Assembly: GCA_051599415.1 (NCBI GenBank)
Contig: AP039710.1
Coordinates: forward strand, 1 to 64,000
DNA: 64,000 nt
Reading direction: 5' to 3'
From: Savitreella phatthalungensis
Lineage: Eukaryota
Positions within the stretch are counted from its first letter, which is position 1; each line of letters starts with the position of its first letter. Of the stretch, positions 1 through 11,569 are shown piece after piece. The notes below the pieces were generated by a model. It made no database searches, had not been told where the DNA came from, and saw only the letters and a program-made list of their open reading frames with translations. Both the position numbers and the translations under genes were made by a program.

Positions 1-75
1 TACGTGTACTGTACTTCGTTCAGTTACGTATTGCTAAGGTTAAGACTACTTTCTGCCTTTGCGAGAACAGCACCT
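1..75 (+). other. Untrimmed Oxford Nanopore ligation adapter plus native barcode (technical artefact)
   Basis: TGTACTTCGTTCAGTTACGTATTGCT (10-35) is the ONT adapter end. AAGGTTAA (36-43) + GACTACTTTCTGCCTTTGCGAGAA (44-67, recalled as NB06) + CAGCACCT (68-75) is the native-barcode layout. Confidence 0.95.
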
Positions 76-76
76 A

Positions 77-184
77 CCCTAACCCTAACCCTAACCCTAA
101 CCCTAACCCTAACCCTAACCCTAACCCTAACCCTAACCCTAACCCTAACCCTAACCCTAACCCTAACCCTAACCCTGACCCTCA
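77..184 (+). repeat. Telomeric repeat (CCCTAA)16 plus two variant units
   Basis: 16 perfect CCCTAA units at 77-172, then CCCTGA and CCCTCA. The C-rich strand at the contig start indicates a left chromosome end. Confidence 0.97.
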
Positions 185-489
185 AAAACTAACTGCCGTC
201 AAACTAACCAATGCCCCAACCCTCGCTCCGCTTTGCTCACTCGCTCGCTTGCCTGCTAACCTTGTTTCTGTGCTCACGCCTGCTGCCTTGCTACACTACA
301 CTTGTCCGCACGCATATGCCCCTGCTGGTCTTCAACATCATTATCATTTTGCTGTTGCCTTGCTGCTCCTCTCTGCTGCTCCTCTCTCCGCTATACTCCT
401 GCTCTCAAACCCTCATCTATTTGACACTCTTCCTCCTGTTTACCTGAAATATCCCATGCCATTTGCTTCCCACATTCCTACTCTTAAAA

Positions 490-1110
490 ACCCTGCCATC
501 TGTTTCATCTGCAACTGCACCGTCACCTGCTAAATGCTGTTACCTGCATGTCACCTGCTAAATCCTGCTACCTGAACTGCCACCTGTCAAATGCCGTTAC
601 CCGCACTGCCACTTGTCAAACACTGTTACCTGCCCTGCCGCCTGGCAAATGCCATTACCTGCCAAAATGCCTGTCAACTGTCAAATCCACTCATCAATCC
701 CATTACCTGCCCTGTCATCCCATCAAATGCTGTTGCTGCCCTGTCTCTGTCAAATGTTGTTACCTGCCTGGTTTCCTTCAAATGCTGTTATCTGCACCGT
801 TGTCTGCCATGTGCTGTTGCCTGCACCATCATCTGTCACCCGGTGTTATCTGCACTGTCACTTGTGTCATCATCTCTCAAATACCGTTACCTGCGCTACT
901 ACTTGCATCATTGCCCTGCTCTGTGGTCTGGCATTTGTCATACCCTTGATCTGCCAAATGCTGTTCACCTGTCATCTCCTGTTTTCTGTTTCTGTCACTC
1001 ACTGTTGCCTGGACTGTGTCCTGTTTCATCACTGCACTCCCATCTGTCAAATGCTGTCATCTGTTAAACACTGCAACATCACTTGATATATATCATTCCT
1101 GCACTGTCAC
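490..1110. repeat. Degenerate subtelomeric minisatellite (core CTGTCAAATGCYGTTACCTGC)
   Basis: The motif TCAAATGCYGTTACC recurs about every 30-60 nt. The ORFs here are Cys/Leu-rich noise. Confidence 0.75.
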
Positions 1111-1484
1111 TTGTTGTTTGAACACCTAGCCCCTGCCACTGACTCTGTCTCTGCTTGTTGTGAACATCATCTACTTGGCCCTGGTCTCATGCTGGCGCCT
1201 GTTGTGCAACATCAATTGACTGTGATTGACTCCATTGTCACATGGCATGCACTGTTTCCTCCACTGTTGCTTGTCAAATCCATTGCTGGCGCTGTGCTGT
1301 GCCCTTTCCTCCACAACTTACTCTAATTCACTCTCACTTGCTCCTCATGACTGTCTTGTGCACCATTGCATGTACTTGCCACTGTCATGCACTGTGATCT
1401 GTCCACTATGTTGTGTCTGTGGCTGTCTGTGCTCCTTGTATGCCTCATTCTACTATCTAGTCTGTGTTTTATTGACTGTGATGG

Positions 1485-1752
1485 CTGCTACCATTACTAC
1501 ACCTGCTACTTCCTCCATTGTTTTAACTCATTCCAATACTGCCACTACTACAGCTACTGCTGCATTCACTGCTGCTGCCGTTACTAGTGCTGCATTCATT
1601 ACTGCTGCATTCATTACTGCTGCTGTTCCTACTGCTGTTCCTACTGCTGCTGCCACTGCTGCTGCTACTGCTGCTGCTGCTACTACCACTACCACCGCTG
1701 CTGCCGCTGCTGCTGCCGCTGCCGCTGCTGTGCTGCTGCTGCTGCTGCTGCT
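1485..1752. repeat. (GCT/ACT/GCC)n trinucleotide low-complexity tract
   Basis: Runs of gctgctgct, actgctgct and gccgctgcc are directly visible. Confidence 0.85.
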
Positions 1753-2386
1753 GGCGGCCACCGGTGTAGCGCCTAACTGGCGCTCGCCTGGTTGCAGGGC
1801 CGTTTGCAGGGCCGAAATTTCACCAGCCACACGCTGCGCCGCAGAACCGTGCGATTGTGTCGGCAACATCTTACAACCTTCAGAAGACAGGTTCTTGACG
1901 ACTGCCTGGTGCCACTACCTCCTAGTACTACTACCTCCTAGTACTACCACGGCCTGTTATTAGTGCCACCACCTAGTACCACTACAACCTGCTGCTAGTA
2001 CGATCTAGTAGGTGCAAAAAATGATCGACTCGGCGACGACCTAGCACCACCACCTAGTAGTACTACCTAGCGCGACCTGGCACGGCCTATTACTAGTACC
2101 ACCACCTGCTGCTAGTACGACCTTGTACTGCAGAGTACTGCCACGAGTACTGCCACCTGGCACTACCTAGCACTGACTGCGACCAAGGCCAACCTGGACC
2201 TGGTCACATGACGGCACAAATTTTGTGTAAAGATACCATTGGCTAGTCATCTTATCTCATCTTATCTCCTATCTCATCTTATCTATGCCTCTATGTGTGC
2301 GCCCCATGACATCATTTTCTAATTGTGTGTCCACTTTGACTGGCTATATCTTCTGATCCAGACGTCAGATGATCACAAGACTAGTC

Positions 2387-2544
2387 TCATCATGACGCCA
2401 TTGATCAACTCTATAAAAAGTATTTTGACATGTACTACGGTTTTTCATCTATATACTGAGCTTGTTTCATCATGACGCCATTGATTGACTCTATAAAAAA
2501 CATTTTCACATGTACAACAGATTTTCATTTATATACTGAGCTTG
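2387..2544. repeat. Two-copy 80-bp tandem repeat
   Basis: TCATCATGACGCCATTGAT..CTCTATAAAAA..CATGTAC..ATATACTGAGCTTG occurs at 2387-2464 and 2467-2544. Confidence 0.9.
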
Positions 2545-2885
2545 CCACGTGCTCACAATGCAAGGCCCTTGGTCTTGTGGCACAGTGGTTTGGCCCCCAC
2601 TGAGCTACTGAGTCACGAGCTTTGTGCATGGAGGGTAAATGAAGGTCTGGCAGAATTTGAACTTTGAGGTCTCGAGTTCAAATCCTGCTTGGAGCAACAA
2701 TTAACTGCCAATAAGCTCTAGGCAGTCAGGGAGCAAGAGCGCTCTCTGGGGGGTTTTCCTCCATGCACAAGGTTGGAACCACACTGTGTGTTCTGATATG
2801 GGGGTTTTGGCAAATTTTTTCACAATTCAGGCACAGAGAGATGCAGAGAATGCAGCAGAACACAGAGAATGCACAGATCATGATG

Positions 2886-3112
2886 CAGTTTGGTTCATAT
2901 TTGTGGGGCACTGCAGTTTGGTTTTTGCAGTTTGGTTTTTGCAGTTTGGTTTTTGCAGTTTGGTTTGCAGTTTGGTTTGCAGTTTGGTTTGCAGTTTGGT
3001 TCTTGCAGTTTGGTTTTACAGTTTGATTTTACAGTTTGGTTCACAGCTGCAGTTTGGTTTTGCAGTTTGGTTCTTGCAGTTTGGTTTTACAGTTTGGTTT
3101 TACAGTTTGGTT
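2886..3112. repeat. Tandem 12-15 bp repeat (GCAGTTTGGTTT[TT])n
   Basis: More than a dozen CAGTTTGGTT units with variable T-run length. Confidence 0.9.
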
Positions 3113-4370
3113 CGTCCCTAACTGTAAGTCAACAGTTAGGGATGCCATGCAGTGTTTCATCCCTAACTTCATGGCTATAATCTGGCGCTGCTGAAAACAG
3201 TTTGGGATTTTTGAACGGAATATATATAGAGCTGACAAATTGCGTACATCTTCGTGCGCGGCAATCACATTTTCAACATGCCAGGGCTCGGATGGTCCTT
3301 AAGCCTATTTCCTCCAGTATTGGCTATTACTACTGTCGCAACAAATGGTGCGCAGACATCCATTGATTGGATTGTAATGATGTCTTCACATGGCATGCTC
3401 TTGCTAATACTACACTCCTGTACAGCATACTGACCTAGCTTGAGGATCTCCACCATTTCAGGGCACCTATGTCACGCTTGCAAGGCCGACATGTAGGGTC
3501 AAATGGGCGGTGCTTGGCTTGCTTCTGCCATGTGTTCCAACGGTCAAACTGGTCGACATTGACCACGCTATCACGGTATACCCACAGGCTCAAATAGCAC
3601 CACAATCAGCCTAGTTGTATGCCTAGCCAATGGACTATTCTGTAGCGCCAATCAGTCTTGTAGATCCAGTTTGTTTGTTCTAGCCTGTTATTCGATAAGA
3701 TTTCAATTTTGCCGTTGTTGACCTGGTTCTGACAGATTTGACCCGAGTTGGACCTTGACTGGTGGCTAGTGACACTGCTGTCAATTGGCGGGTTGAGCTG
3801 CAGCTTGCGGGCTAAAAATCTCACTCAGCGGTATCAATAGTCGCGCAAGCTCAGGCTTCCTTGACTGTTCACTAGTTTTAAAAAACCGGTAATTTGATTC
3901 GAAAATTTAACACGGTACGATTTCTGAACGGAACATAATAGGCCCTTTGGCCATGTGCCACACGGCTGTGGTGCCCCTTAAGCTACTGCGATGCCTGTCA
4001 TAAGCCTTATGCATGGAGGGCCGATGTAGGTCAGATCAATCTAGGGCTTGCCTTCGTCGTTGTATCTACTTGTGTTCAGACTGATGTATGCTCTCGCATT
4101 GATGCCCACAGTACACGCGGTAATTTAGGTTTATACGTAATTTAGCCAGCTGACTGCCCTGAGTGATGTTAGAGTCGCGGCATCATGCCTCTTCCTGATT
4201 GAGTTAGTTAGATGCCGTGTACAGGCATGGTCGCTATCGCCATGATGACCACAGCCGCGGGCGCCTGCGCCGGGCAACCGCACCGCGAGTAAAGCTTCGG
4301 CCCCACAAACGTCACTATGTTTTTTTTTTCTGAAAAAGAATGTCGTTCCCATTTGGACGCGTTGAGGCCC

Positions 4371-6449
4371 ATGAGACGTGGTCTCGTGCGTGCGCTGTTC
4401 AACCAGCCGACAGGTCCTCCGCGTGGTTCGCCGACCGGTCTATTCAGTAATCCGTATTTACAGAGCCCTAGTGGGTTCAAGGAGTACGCACGGCGCAGCT
4501 TACTCCGCGCTGAATGTCTTGCCGAGCACATCTCAAAGCGCCATTTGGAGCTCGGCGGCCGCGATACAATCGTGTGCCTCGACAGATTGAGTGACACATT
4601 ATGCGCTGTGCTCGATATGGCCGAATTTGTGCGCAATACTCATCCTGATCAAAGATTCATACAGGCTGCGGAGGATGCGTACGGGATCTTGCACGGCTTC
4701 ATGAGCGGGCTCAATACACACAGGGGCTTATACGGGGCTCTGAAATCATTGAAAGACTTGCCAGCTGACTCAGCAGCGGTCCGACGCATTCTGCTCGCCG
4801 ACTTCTACAAGAGCGGCATCCAGCTTGACGACGACAAACGTGGTCGATATGTCGACATATCTCGGGAGCTTTCACAGGCGGAACGGCGCGTCTTCACAGA
4901 CTTCGCCCCGAGCGAGGAGTTCATCTCACTCCCAAAGAGACTGGCCACGGGCATCTATCCCTCCTTTGTTTGTGGACGCATGCGCCAAACGCTGCTTTCC
5001 GTGGATATACCCACAACTGGCTGGGAAGCGCACTTCGCTCTGCAGCGCCTGGAACAGCACGCAGCGCGAGAGCGGCTCGAGCAAGCGATGTTCACGCATC
5101 GTGATGATCAGATTGGAGTCATGGACGCAATGCTTAGGTTGCGAAGCGAGCTTGCACGTTTGACCGGGCGAGGATCTTACGCAGAGGTTGCGCTTGCTGA
5201 TCTCATGGCGCGCACACCAGCTGCTGTCGAGGCGTTCCTTGGCACGCAAGAGCAGAAGATCGCGCCTCTTGTCAGCAGTGACGTCCAGGCTCTTCAGCGA
5301 GCGAATGGCAACGCCGAGTTTTTTAAATGCGATGTTGACTTTCTGACAGCGAATGTGCTGCGCCAGCGTGCCGCGAGGCGAAGGCCAGTAGATCTGCATG
5401 AATTCTTGTCTGTGGGATCTGTGTTCGAAGGTTTGTCAAATTTGTTCGAAGCACTCTACGGTGTAGAGCTGGTTCCGGCCGACCCGCGACCGGGCGAGAC
5501 GTGGCATCCTGCTGTCCGACGATTGGACGTGGTACATGAGGATCGCGGCCTCATTGGCGTGCTCTACGCAGACCTCTTCTCGCGTGAGGGGAAAGCAGCT
5601 GGGCAAGCGGCACATTTCACGATCAGATGCGGTAGGCGTGTGGATCATGACAACTTTGCTCCTGATGAGGAGGCGATTGAGTCTGGCACGCCTCGCGGAA
5701 GCTGGAAAACGAACACATTTCAGCTTCCGGTCATAGCGCTGCAATGCGACTTCACGCCGTCGAATGGACGCAATTTTGCCTCCCTCTCGTTCTCGGAAGT
5801 GTCGACGCTGTTCCATGAGATGGGTCACGCGATGCACTCGTTCCTCGGCACTACGGACTATCATATTGTAAGTGGGACGCGAGTGGCGGCAGATTTCGTC
5901 GAGCTCCCATCGCAGATAATGGAGTCCTTCGCTGAATCTCCAGACATTTGGCCGTTATTCGCTCGGCATCATAGCACGGACGAGCCGGCCCCGATTGCGA
6001 TGCTCCAGGAGGCACTGCATGCGGAAAGGCAGCTCGGTGGATTGCAGTTGCATCGTCAGTGGTTGCGCGCGACACTAGATCAGCGACTGCACGGGCGGTC
6101 GTCCGGTGAGCCGGACTTCAGCTCTATAGCGACCCTTGAAACATTACCAAAGCTTTTTCGCGGCCAGAACTTGCCGTGGCACGTCCAATTCACCCACCTG
6201 GCCGGGTACGGCGCGACGTACTATTCATACCTGTTTGACAAGGCTATCGCGGATCGCATTTACAGCTCCATTTTCAGGGCAGATCCCCTGTCCCGGGAAG
6301 CTGGCGCAAAATTCGAAATTGGGCTGCTCAGACATGGCGGCTCGCGTGATCCTTGGAAGTGCGTGAGCGATGTGATCTCAAGGCCTGAGCTGGCGCACGG
6401 CGGAGAAGAAGCGATGGCGGTCGTCGGCGGCTGGACGCAAACGTCGTCC

Positions 6450-6461
<12 letters not shown>
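4371..6461 (+). CDS. OCT1: Mitochondrial intermediate peptidase (M3 metallopeptidase)
   Basis: LFHEMGHAMHS zinc motif, DFVELPSQIME, FTHLAGYGATYYSYLFD, LDRLSDTLCAVLDMAEFVRNTHPD. Start placed at ATG 4371 (MRRGLVRALF, presequence-like); the ORF is open from 4317. Confidence 0.92.
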
Positions 6462-7250
<789 letters not shown>

Positions 7251-7355
7251 CTTGCCCTGTGCCTGTATTGTGTTACACGTCATGGTTTTATGTGGGGCCG
7301 TTTCGTAAGCTCGCCCGCCCGCGCTGGGTGAGGGCCATAGTTGGTATTGGGTAGT

Positions 7356-8486
7356 CTACAGGTAGGGATCAAATTGACGAAAGGCTGCTTTGAATCGGGC
7401 CGCGTCGGCTGTCTCTTGCTCCACACTCCTGATGCAGTCTTTCCACATGGCGCGCTCGGGGACTTCGGTGACATCTGCAATCACTCTCCGACCAAGCTGT
7501 AGGTCGAACGGCTTGCTAGAAATGTCCATGTGGATCTCATCTGTAGGTAATACCACGACGAATGAATCGGTAGCATTTCGCAGAAGCTCAAGACCGGCTT
7601 CGGCCGCAGCTGCATGAAAGCCATCCACTATCTCGGGTATAAGCTTCGCCGACACAGGCACCACCTGTGTATGAAAATGCACGCCATTCTGCCGAGCTAT
7701 CCGAAAGACAACAGGTACATTGCCTCGGAGCTCGTACAGCTTGGCGAGCGCATCAATATAGTGTCGCTCCTCCTCTTCGTAATCCTTGAGGTCTTCGACG
7801 AGCTCTTGTGGGCGCGCAGCGTGCTTCACTGGCACGACAAGGACGTGATCCGGCGTGAGTGCGCCTTTCGGCAATGTCAAGTAGCTTGTCCTTTTTCCTA
7901 CGCTGACAATGAGATGACGCGACAACTTTGGATTCGATAGGCAGAAGAAGCACCTGGACGAGTCGACCGCTCTACTGTCGAACTTTTGAGGCTGTCTGCA
8001 GTCACTTGTCAAGTGTTGGCCACGATGTCCGCAATTCTGACACTTGTATGATCTGCTCACTTCTTGGTGCCTTCGCTTCTTACTCCCGATCTCTTTGGAT
8101 GTCAAGTTGAAGGCATAGAACCACTTCTGCTTCGCGTCATTCCCAATGTCTGCTAGTACAATTGATCGGCAAGCTCCGGTAGTCTCTTGGAACTTATCCC
8201 CCGGTTGAAATGAGTACTGTGCAATTCCGGCGGGTTTCTCGAGAGGACCACCACGTTTGTAGAGTGCAATATCGCAGGAATCCTGTCCTTCAAAGCTCAA
8301 TGAGAGACCCGGCGCATCACCTTCCAAGCCATCCTTCTTGTATGAAATGCACGGAATGACGGACTTGCCAACAAGTGCTCCAAGAATTATTGCCAAGTCG
8401 AAATCGCCTTGCTTGACGAGCTTCTCGAGTCGAGCGAGGGCCCGTCGACTGTCGCCGCAGGGATCGCCGAGGACCACAATGCGCAT
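7356..8486 (-). CDS. CWF19-like 1 / Drn1-type protein (CwfJ C-terminal domains, zinc knuckle)
   Basis: CFFCLSNPKLSRHLIVSVG, YLTLPKGALTPDHVLVVPVKH, HFHTQVVPV, FDLQLGRRVIA, FKAAFRQFDPY; knuckle CQNCGHRGQHLTSDC. Confidence 0.85.
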   Translation of the reverse strand: MRIVVLGDPCGDSRRALARLEKLVKQGDFDLAIILGALVGKSVIPCISYKKDGLEGDAPGLSLSFEGQDSCDIALYKRGGPLEKPAGIAQYSFQPGDKFQETTGACRSIVLADIGNDAKQKWFYAFNLTSKEIGSKKRRHQEVSRSYKCQNCGHRGQHLTSDCRQPQKFDSRAVDSSRCFFCLSNPKLSRHLIVSVGKRTSYLTLPKGALTPDHVLVVPVKHAARPQELVEDLKDYEEEERHYIDALAKLYELRGNVPVVFRIARQNGVHFHTQVVPVSAKLIPEIVDGFHAAAAEAGLELLRNATDSFVVVLPTDEIHMDISSKPFDLQLGRRVIADVTEVPERAMWKDCIRSVEQETADAARFKAAFRQFDPYL

Positions 8487-8643
8487 AGGCACCTGGACAA
8501 GAGGGATAAATGTACACTGTATGAGCGCAGGCGCACTCTATTCGCCTGGCTGCGAGGTGCTAAATGATCCTGATCAAATAATTTTGTAGAATTACAGACG
8601 TGATATGCACTTCTTGTGACCTTGGAAGTGTGCCTGACACAGC

Positions 8644-10071
8644 ATGTCTGAAGAGGAGCGTCTGCAGGCTGCAGTCTTCGGCGAGGATGAGGATGGCCTT
8701 CTGAGCGACGCATCAGAGGAGTACCCGGACGAAGAATTCGATGATGTTCAGGATGCGGACCTTTTCATGGTCGATGACGGACCTGGAGACGTCGATCTGC
8801 CCGAATATGCTCCAGTCACTGCGAACACGCAGCCGGCGGCATGGCACGATAGCGACGACGAGAGTCTAAGCATATCTCTGGCGACGACACCAAAATTACG
8901 GAAACTACGTGCTCATGATGACGAGGACATCGTCGATGGCTTGGACTACTGCCGGCGGCTGCGACACCATTTCGAGCGCGTGCATCCTGTTCCTGACTGG
9001 GCCTTGCCCTCGCAAGTCCGTGGATCGCGGAGACGAGCTAGTGACAGCGATATGTCCGATACAGTGGAAGGAGATCCGCTTGAGATGCTCCTCAGGACTG
9101 CTCAACCATACACCGTTCCAACCGCCGCGATTCGGAGACCTGGTAAGATTGATATCAAGCGGCTTCGTGACGCAAATGACAAGGCACCATCCGCTGCAGC
9201 GATCCAGGCTCTCCAATTTCACCCCAGTTTTCCGTTGCTGCTCACGGGAGGGTTTGACCGCACCATTCGCCTCTATCACATCGATGGCAAGGTCAATCAG
9301 CCTGCTACCTCCCTGTATCTACATCGAGTCAGTCTGGAGACTGTGCTCTTCCATCCAGACGGGCATCGCGTTTTTGCCGGTGGCAGACGCAAATTTTTCC
9401 ATGTCTGGGATCTGGCGAGTGGCCATGTTCAGCGTATCAGCCGGCTGTATGGTCATGAGGAAGAATACACATCGATGGAACGCTTCGTGCTAAGCCCTGA
9501 TGGTAAGTACATGGCCTTGGCAGGGAATCGCGGTTGGATCGGCATTCTCGCGACCGGCACAGGTCAATACCTTGATGGCTTTAAGGTCGACAGTCCCGTG
9601 GCCGATCTCAAATGGCATAGAGACTCCGACTGCATCAGCGTGATTGACAGTAGTGCAGATGTCTACGAGTGGAGTATGCGAGGTCGCACAGTGCAGGACC
9701 GCTGGCGAGACGTGGGAGGTCTCGATCCGACAAGTCTGGCTTTGAGTCCGAACGCAACTGCTATCGGCTCACGATCGGGCGTCGTCAACGTATACAGCGG
9801 TATGAGTCGCCAGCCTGACAGAGAGTTGCAGCAGCTGACGACTTCGATTCATGCGATGGAGTTTTCACCAGATGCGCAAATTCTGGCTGTGTCTAGCCGG
9901 GCGAAGAAGGATAGCCTCCGTCTGATTCACATGCCATCTTGCACAGTCTTTAAGAATTGGCCAACACAGAACACGCCTCTTGGACGGATCGGCGCACTCG
10001 CGTGGTCTCCAACGTCGAGCATGCTAGCAATAGGAAATGACGCAGGTCGGGTGACGTTGTGGTCAGTCTAA
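8644..10071 (+). CDS. UTP18: U3 snoRNP WD40 protein Utp18
   Basis: AAWHDSDDE, KLRKLR, LRLIHMPSCTVFKNWPTQNTPLG and WD repeats. Confidence 0.92.
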   Translation: MSEEERLQAAVFGEDEDGLLSDASEEYPDEEFDDVQDADLFMVDDGPGDVDLPEYAPVTANTQPAAWHDSDDESLSISLATTPKLRKLRAHDDEDIVDGLDYCRRLRHHFERVHPVPDWALPSQVRGSRRRASDSDMSDTVEGDPLEMLLRTAQPYTVPTAAIRRPGKIDIKRLRDANDKAPSAAAIQALQFHPSFPLLLTGGFDRTIRLYHIDGKVNQPATSLYLHRVSLETVLFHPDGHRVFAGGRRKFFHVWDLASGHVQRISRLYGHEEEYTSMERFVLSPDGKYMALAGNRGWIGILATGTGQYLDGFKVDSPVADLKWHRDSDCISVIDSSADVYEWSMRGRTVQDRWRDVGGLDPTSLALSPNATAIGSRSGVVNVYSGMSRQPDRELQQLTTSIHAMEFSPDAQILAVSSRAKKDSLRLIHMPSCTVFKNWPTQNTPLGRIGALAWSPTSSMLAIGNDAGRVTLWSV

Positions 10072-10156
10072 AATTCTAATGCATCCCTCAATTCTAAAAG
10101 CCATGGATAAATTAATTACGCGCTTCATTCGCGACGACGCAACGCGTCTCCGTATC

Positions 10157-11569
10157 ATGAGGGGTCTAAAAAGACCTTTGCTGGAGCTCAGCGAGTCTGA
10201 AGTCAATGCGCATGCGCCAAGACAGCTTAATGTCTCTCCGCTACATAAGGATGATGCCACCCCGCCAGTGTCTCGCGCCACCCAGACGCATGTTCCATTG
10301 GTCCGGCGCTTGCTCGCGCGTCGCCTTCTTCCCGCCTCGCAAAATCTGATTAGCGCCCTCGACGGAATGGAGTTGCACTCACGCCCGCAGGATATACTCA
10401 ATCGTATATGGTTCAAATCGCCGGATGCAGACGTGGTCGCCACGCCTTTTGCTGCAGACTGCGCGCGGACATGTTCTCTGAGCGCCATCGCTGACGAAGC
10501 CGGACTAGTCTCGATCTTTGATCATGAGCCGGCCGGCGAGGCGAGCTGGAAGCCCATCGTTAGATTCCGCACAAACAGGAATGCCATTTTCGACATCCAG
10601 TGGTCACTCGATGACAAAGGACTGGCTGTAGCCACAGCTGAGAAGTCGGCGACCATAATTGACATACCAACAGCCACGACAACGCACAGGCTACGTGCCC
10701 ACAAAAGCACGGTCAAGACCGTCCGCTTTCACCCTTCCAAAGCCAGCGTTGTCGCCTCAGCTGGCAGAGATGGGTCAATCGCCATATGGGATTTGCGTTG
10801 CCGTTCTGGAGGTGCCGGCAAAGGCTGCGAGGGCTGCGATGTACCGAGCTTGCTGATCGGCTCCGCTCATGCCTCAGGAACGAAGCTGGACCATGCCTCG
10901 TCAATAACGGGCTTGGCCTTTGTGTCGGAGACTGCCTTGGCCAGCGCGAGTGCTCAGGACGACGTTGTCAGGACCTGGGATATACGAAATGCCCGCAGCG
11001 ATGTCAAGAATAGACGACGTCGACCGACCGATCAATCCCCAAAAACGAGTGTGGTTCGCCAACATGGATTAACGGCTCTGTGCCCAAGCAGGGATGGCGC
11101 TCGCCTCTTCGCGATTTCCCGCGATTCTCGAGTGCACGAGTACGAACTGATCAGTCTGTCTGGGGGTCCATCCCGAACGTGGCAACTCCCGCGCACTACC
11201 ATCTCGACATTTTACTGCAAAGCTGCCGTTTCGAAGGACGACATACTATGCGTTGGAGCCAGTGATGGCAAGCCTACATTTGTAGACGTGTCTCGCATCT
11301 CAAGAGCGATGATCCAAGAGCCGAACCCGGATGCGGTGGGCTTGGTTGGCGCTAGGTCGCCTTCGCAAACCATTCGTCGTGCTTCCGGCGGGCACAACAG
11401 CGAATGCACCGATGTTGCGTGGTCGCACGACGACTCTACTCTCCTGACGATTGGCGATGACTGTCGAGGGCGGATTTGGCGCCGGGACCGCAACAGGCTA
11501 CACCATCGAGCATTTGTGCAGATGGAGGAACCACAGCGCTCAGACTGGGTTCATTGCTTGGTCGACTAG
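10157..11569 (+). CDS. CDT2: WD40 protein, CRL4 substrate receptor Cdt2/DTL-like
   Basis: AIADEAGLV, NAIFDIQWS, HKSTVKTVRF, ASAGRDGSIAIWDLR, STFYCKAAVS, GHNSECTDVAWS. Start uncertain (ATGs at 10079, 10103, 10157). Confidence 0.8.
   Translation: MRGLKRPLLELSESEVNAHAPRQLNVSPLHKDDATPPVSRATQTHVPLVRRLLARRLLPASQNLISALDGMELHSRPQDILNRIWFKSPDADVVATPFAADCARTCSLSAIADEAGLVSIFDHEPAGEASWKPIVRFRTNRNAIFDIQWSLDDKGLAVATAEKSATIIDIPTATTTHRLRAHKSTVKTVRFHPSKASVVASAGRDGSIAIWDLRCRSGGAGKGCEGCDVPSLLIGSAHASGTKLDHASSITGLAFVSETALASASAQDDVVRTWDIRNARSDVKNRRRRPTDQSPKTSVVRQHGLTALCPSRDGARLFAISRDSRVHEYELISLSGGPSRTWQLPRTTISTFYCKAAVSKDDILCVGASDGKPTFVDVSRISRAMIQEPNPDAVGLVGARSPSQTIRRASGGHNSECTDVAWSHDDSTLLTIGDDCRGRIWRRDRNRLHHRAFVQMEEPQRSDWVHCLVD

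Noticed and set aside
4..1963. ORFs in the telomere and subtelomere (poly-TL, Cys/Leu-rich, poly-Ala)
   Set aside because: They are translations of adapter, telomere and simple repeats, with no recognisable domain.
2571..2696. tRNA/SINE-like A box (TGGCACAGTGG) and B box (GTTCAAATCC)
   Set aside because: No convincing cloverleaf or acceptor stem, and the A-box part is not kept in the sister repeat at about 3940.
2886..3112. CRISPR-like appearance of short repeats
   Set aside because: Units are directly tandem with no unique spacers, the context is eukaryotic, and there are no cas genes.
10060..10105. GTCAGT donor at the UTP18 stop suggesting a UTP18-CDT2 splice fusion
   Set aside because: The donor is phase 2, the only nearby acceptor is a weak AAG in phase 1, and the product stops after three codons.
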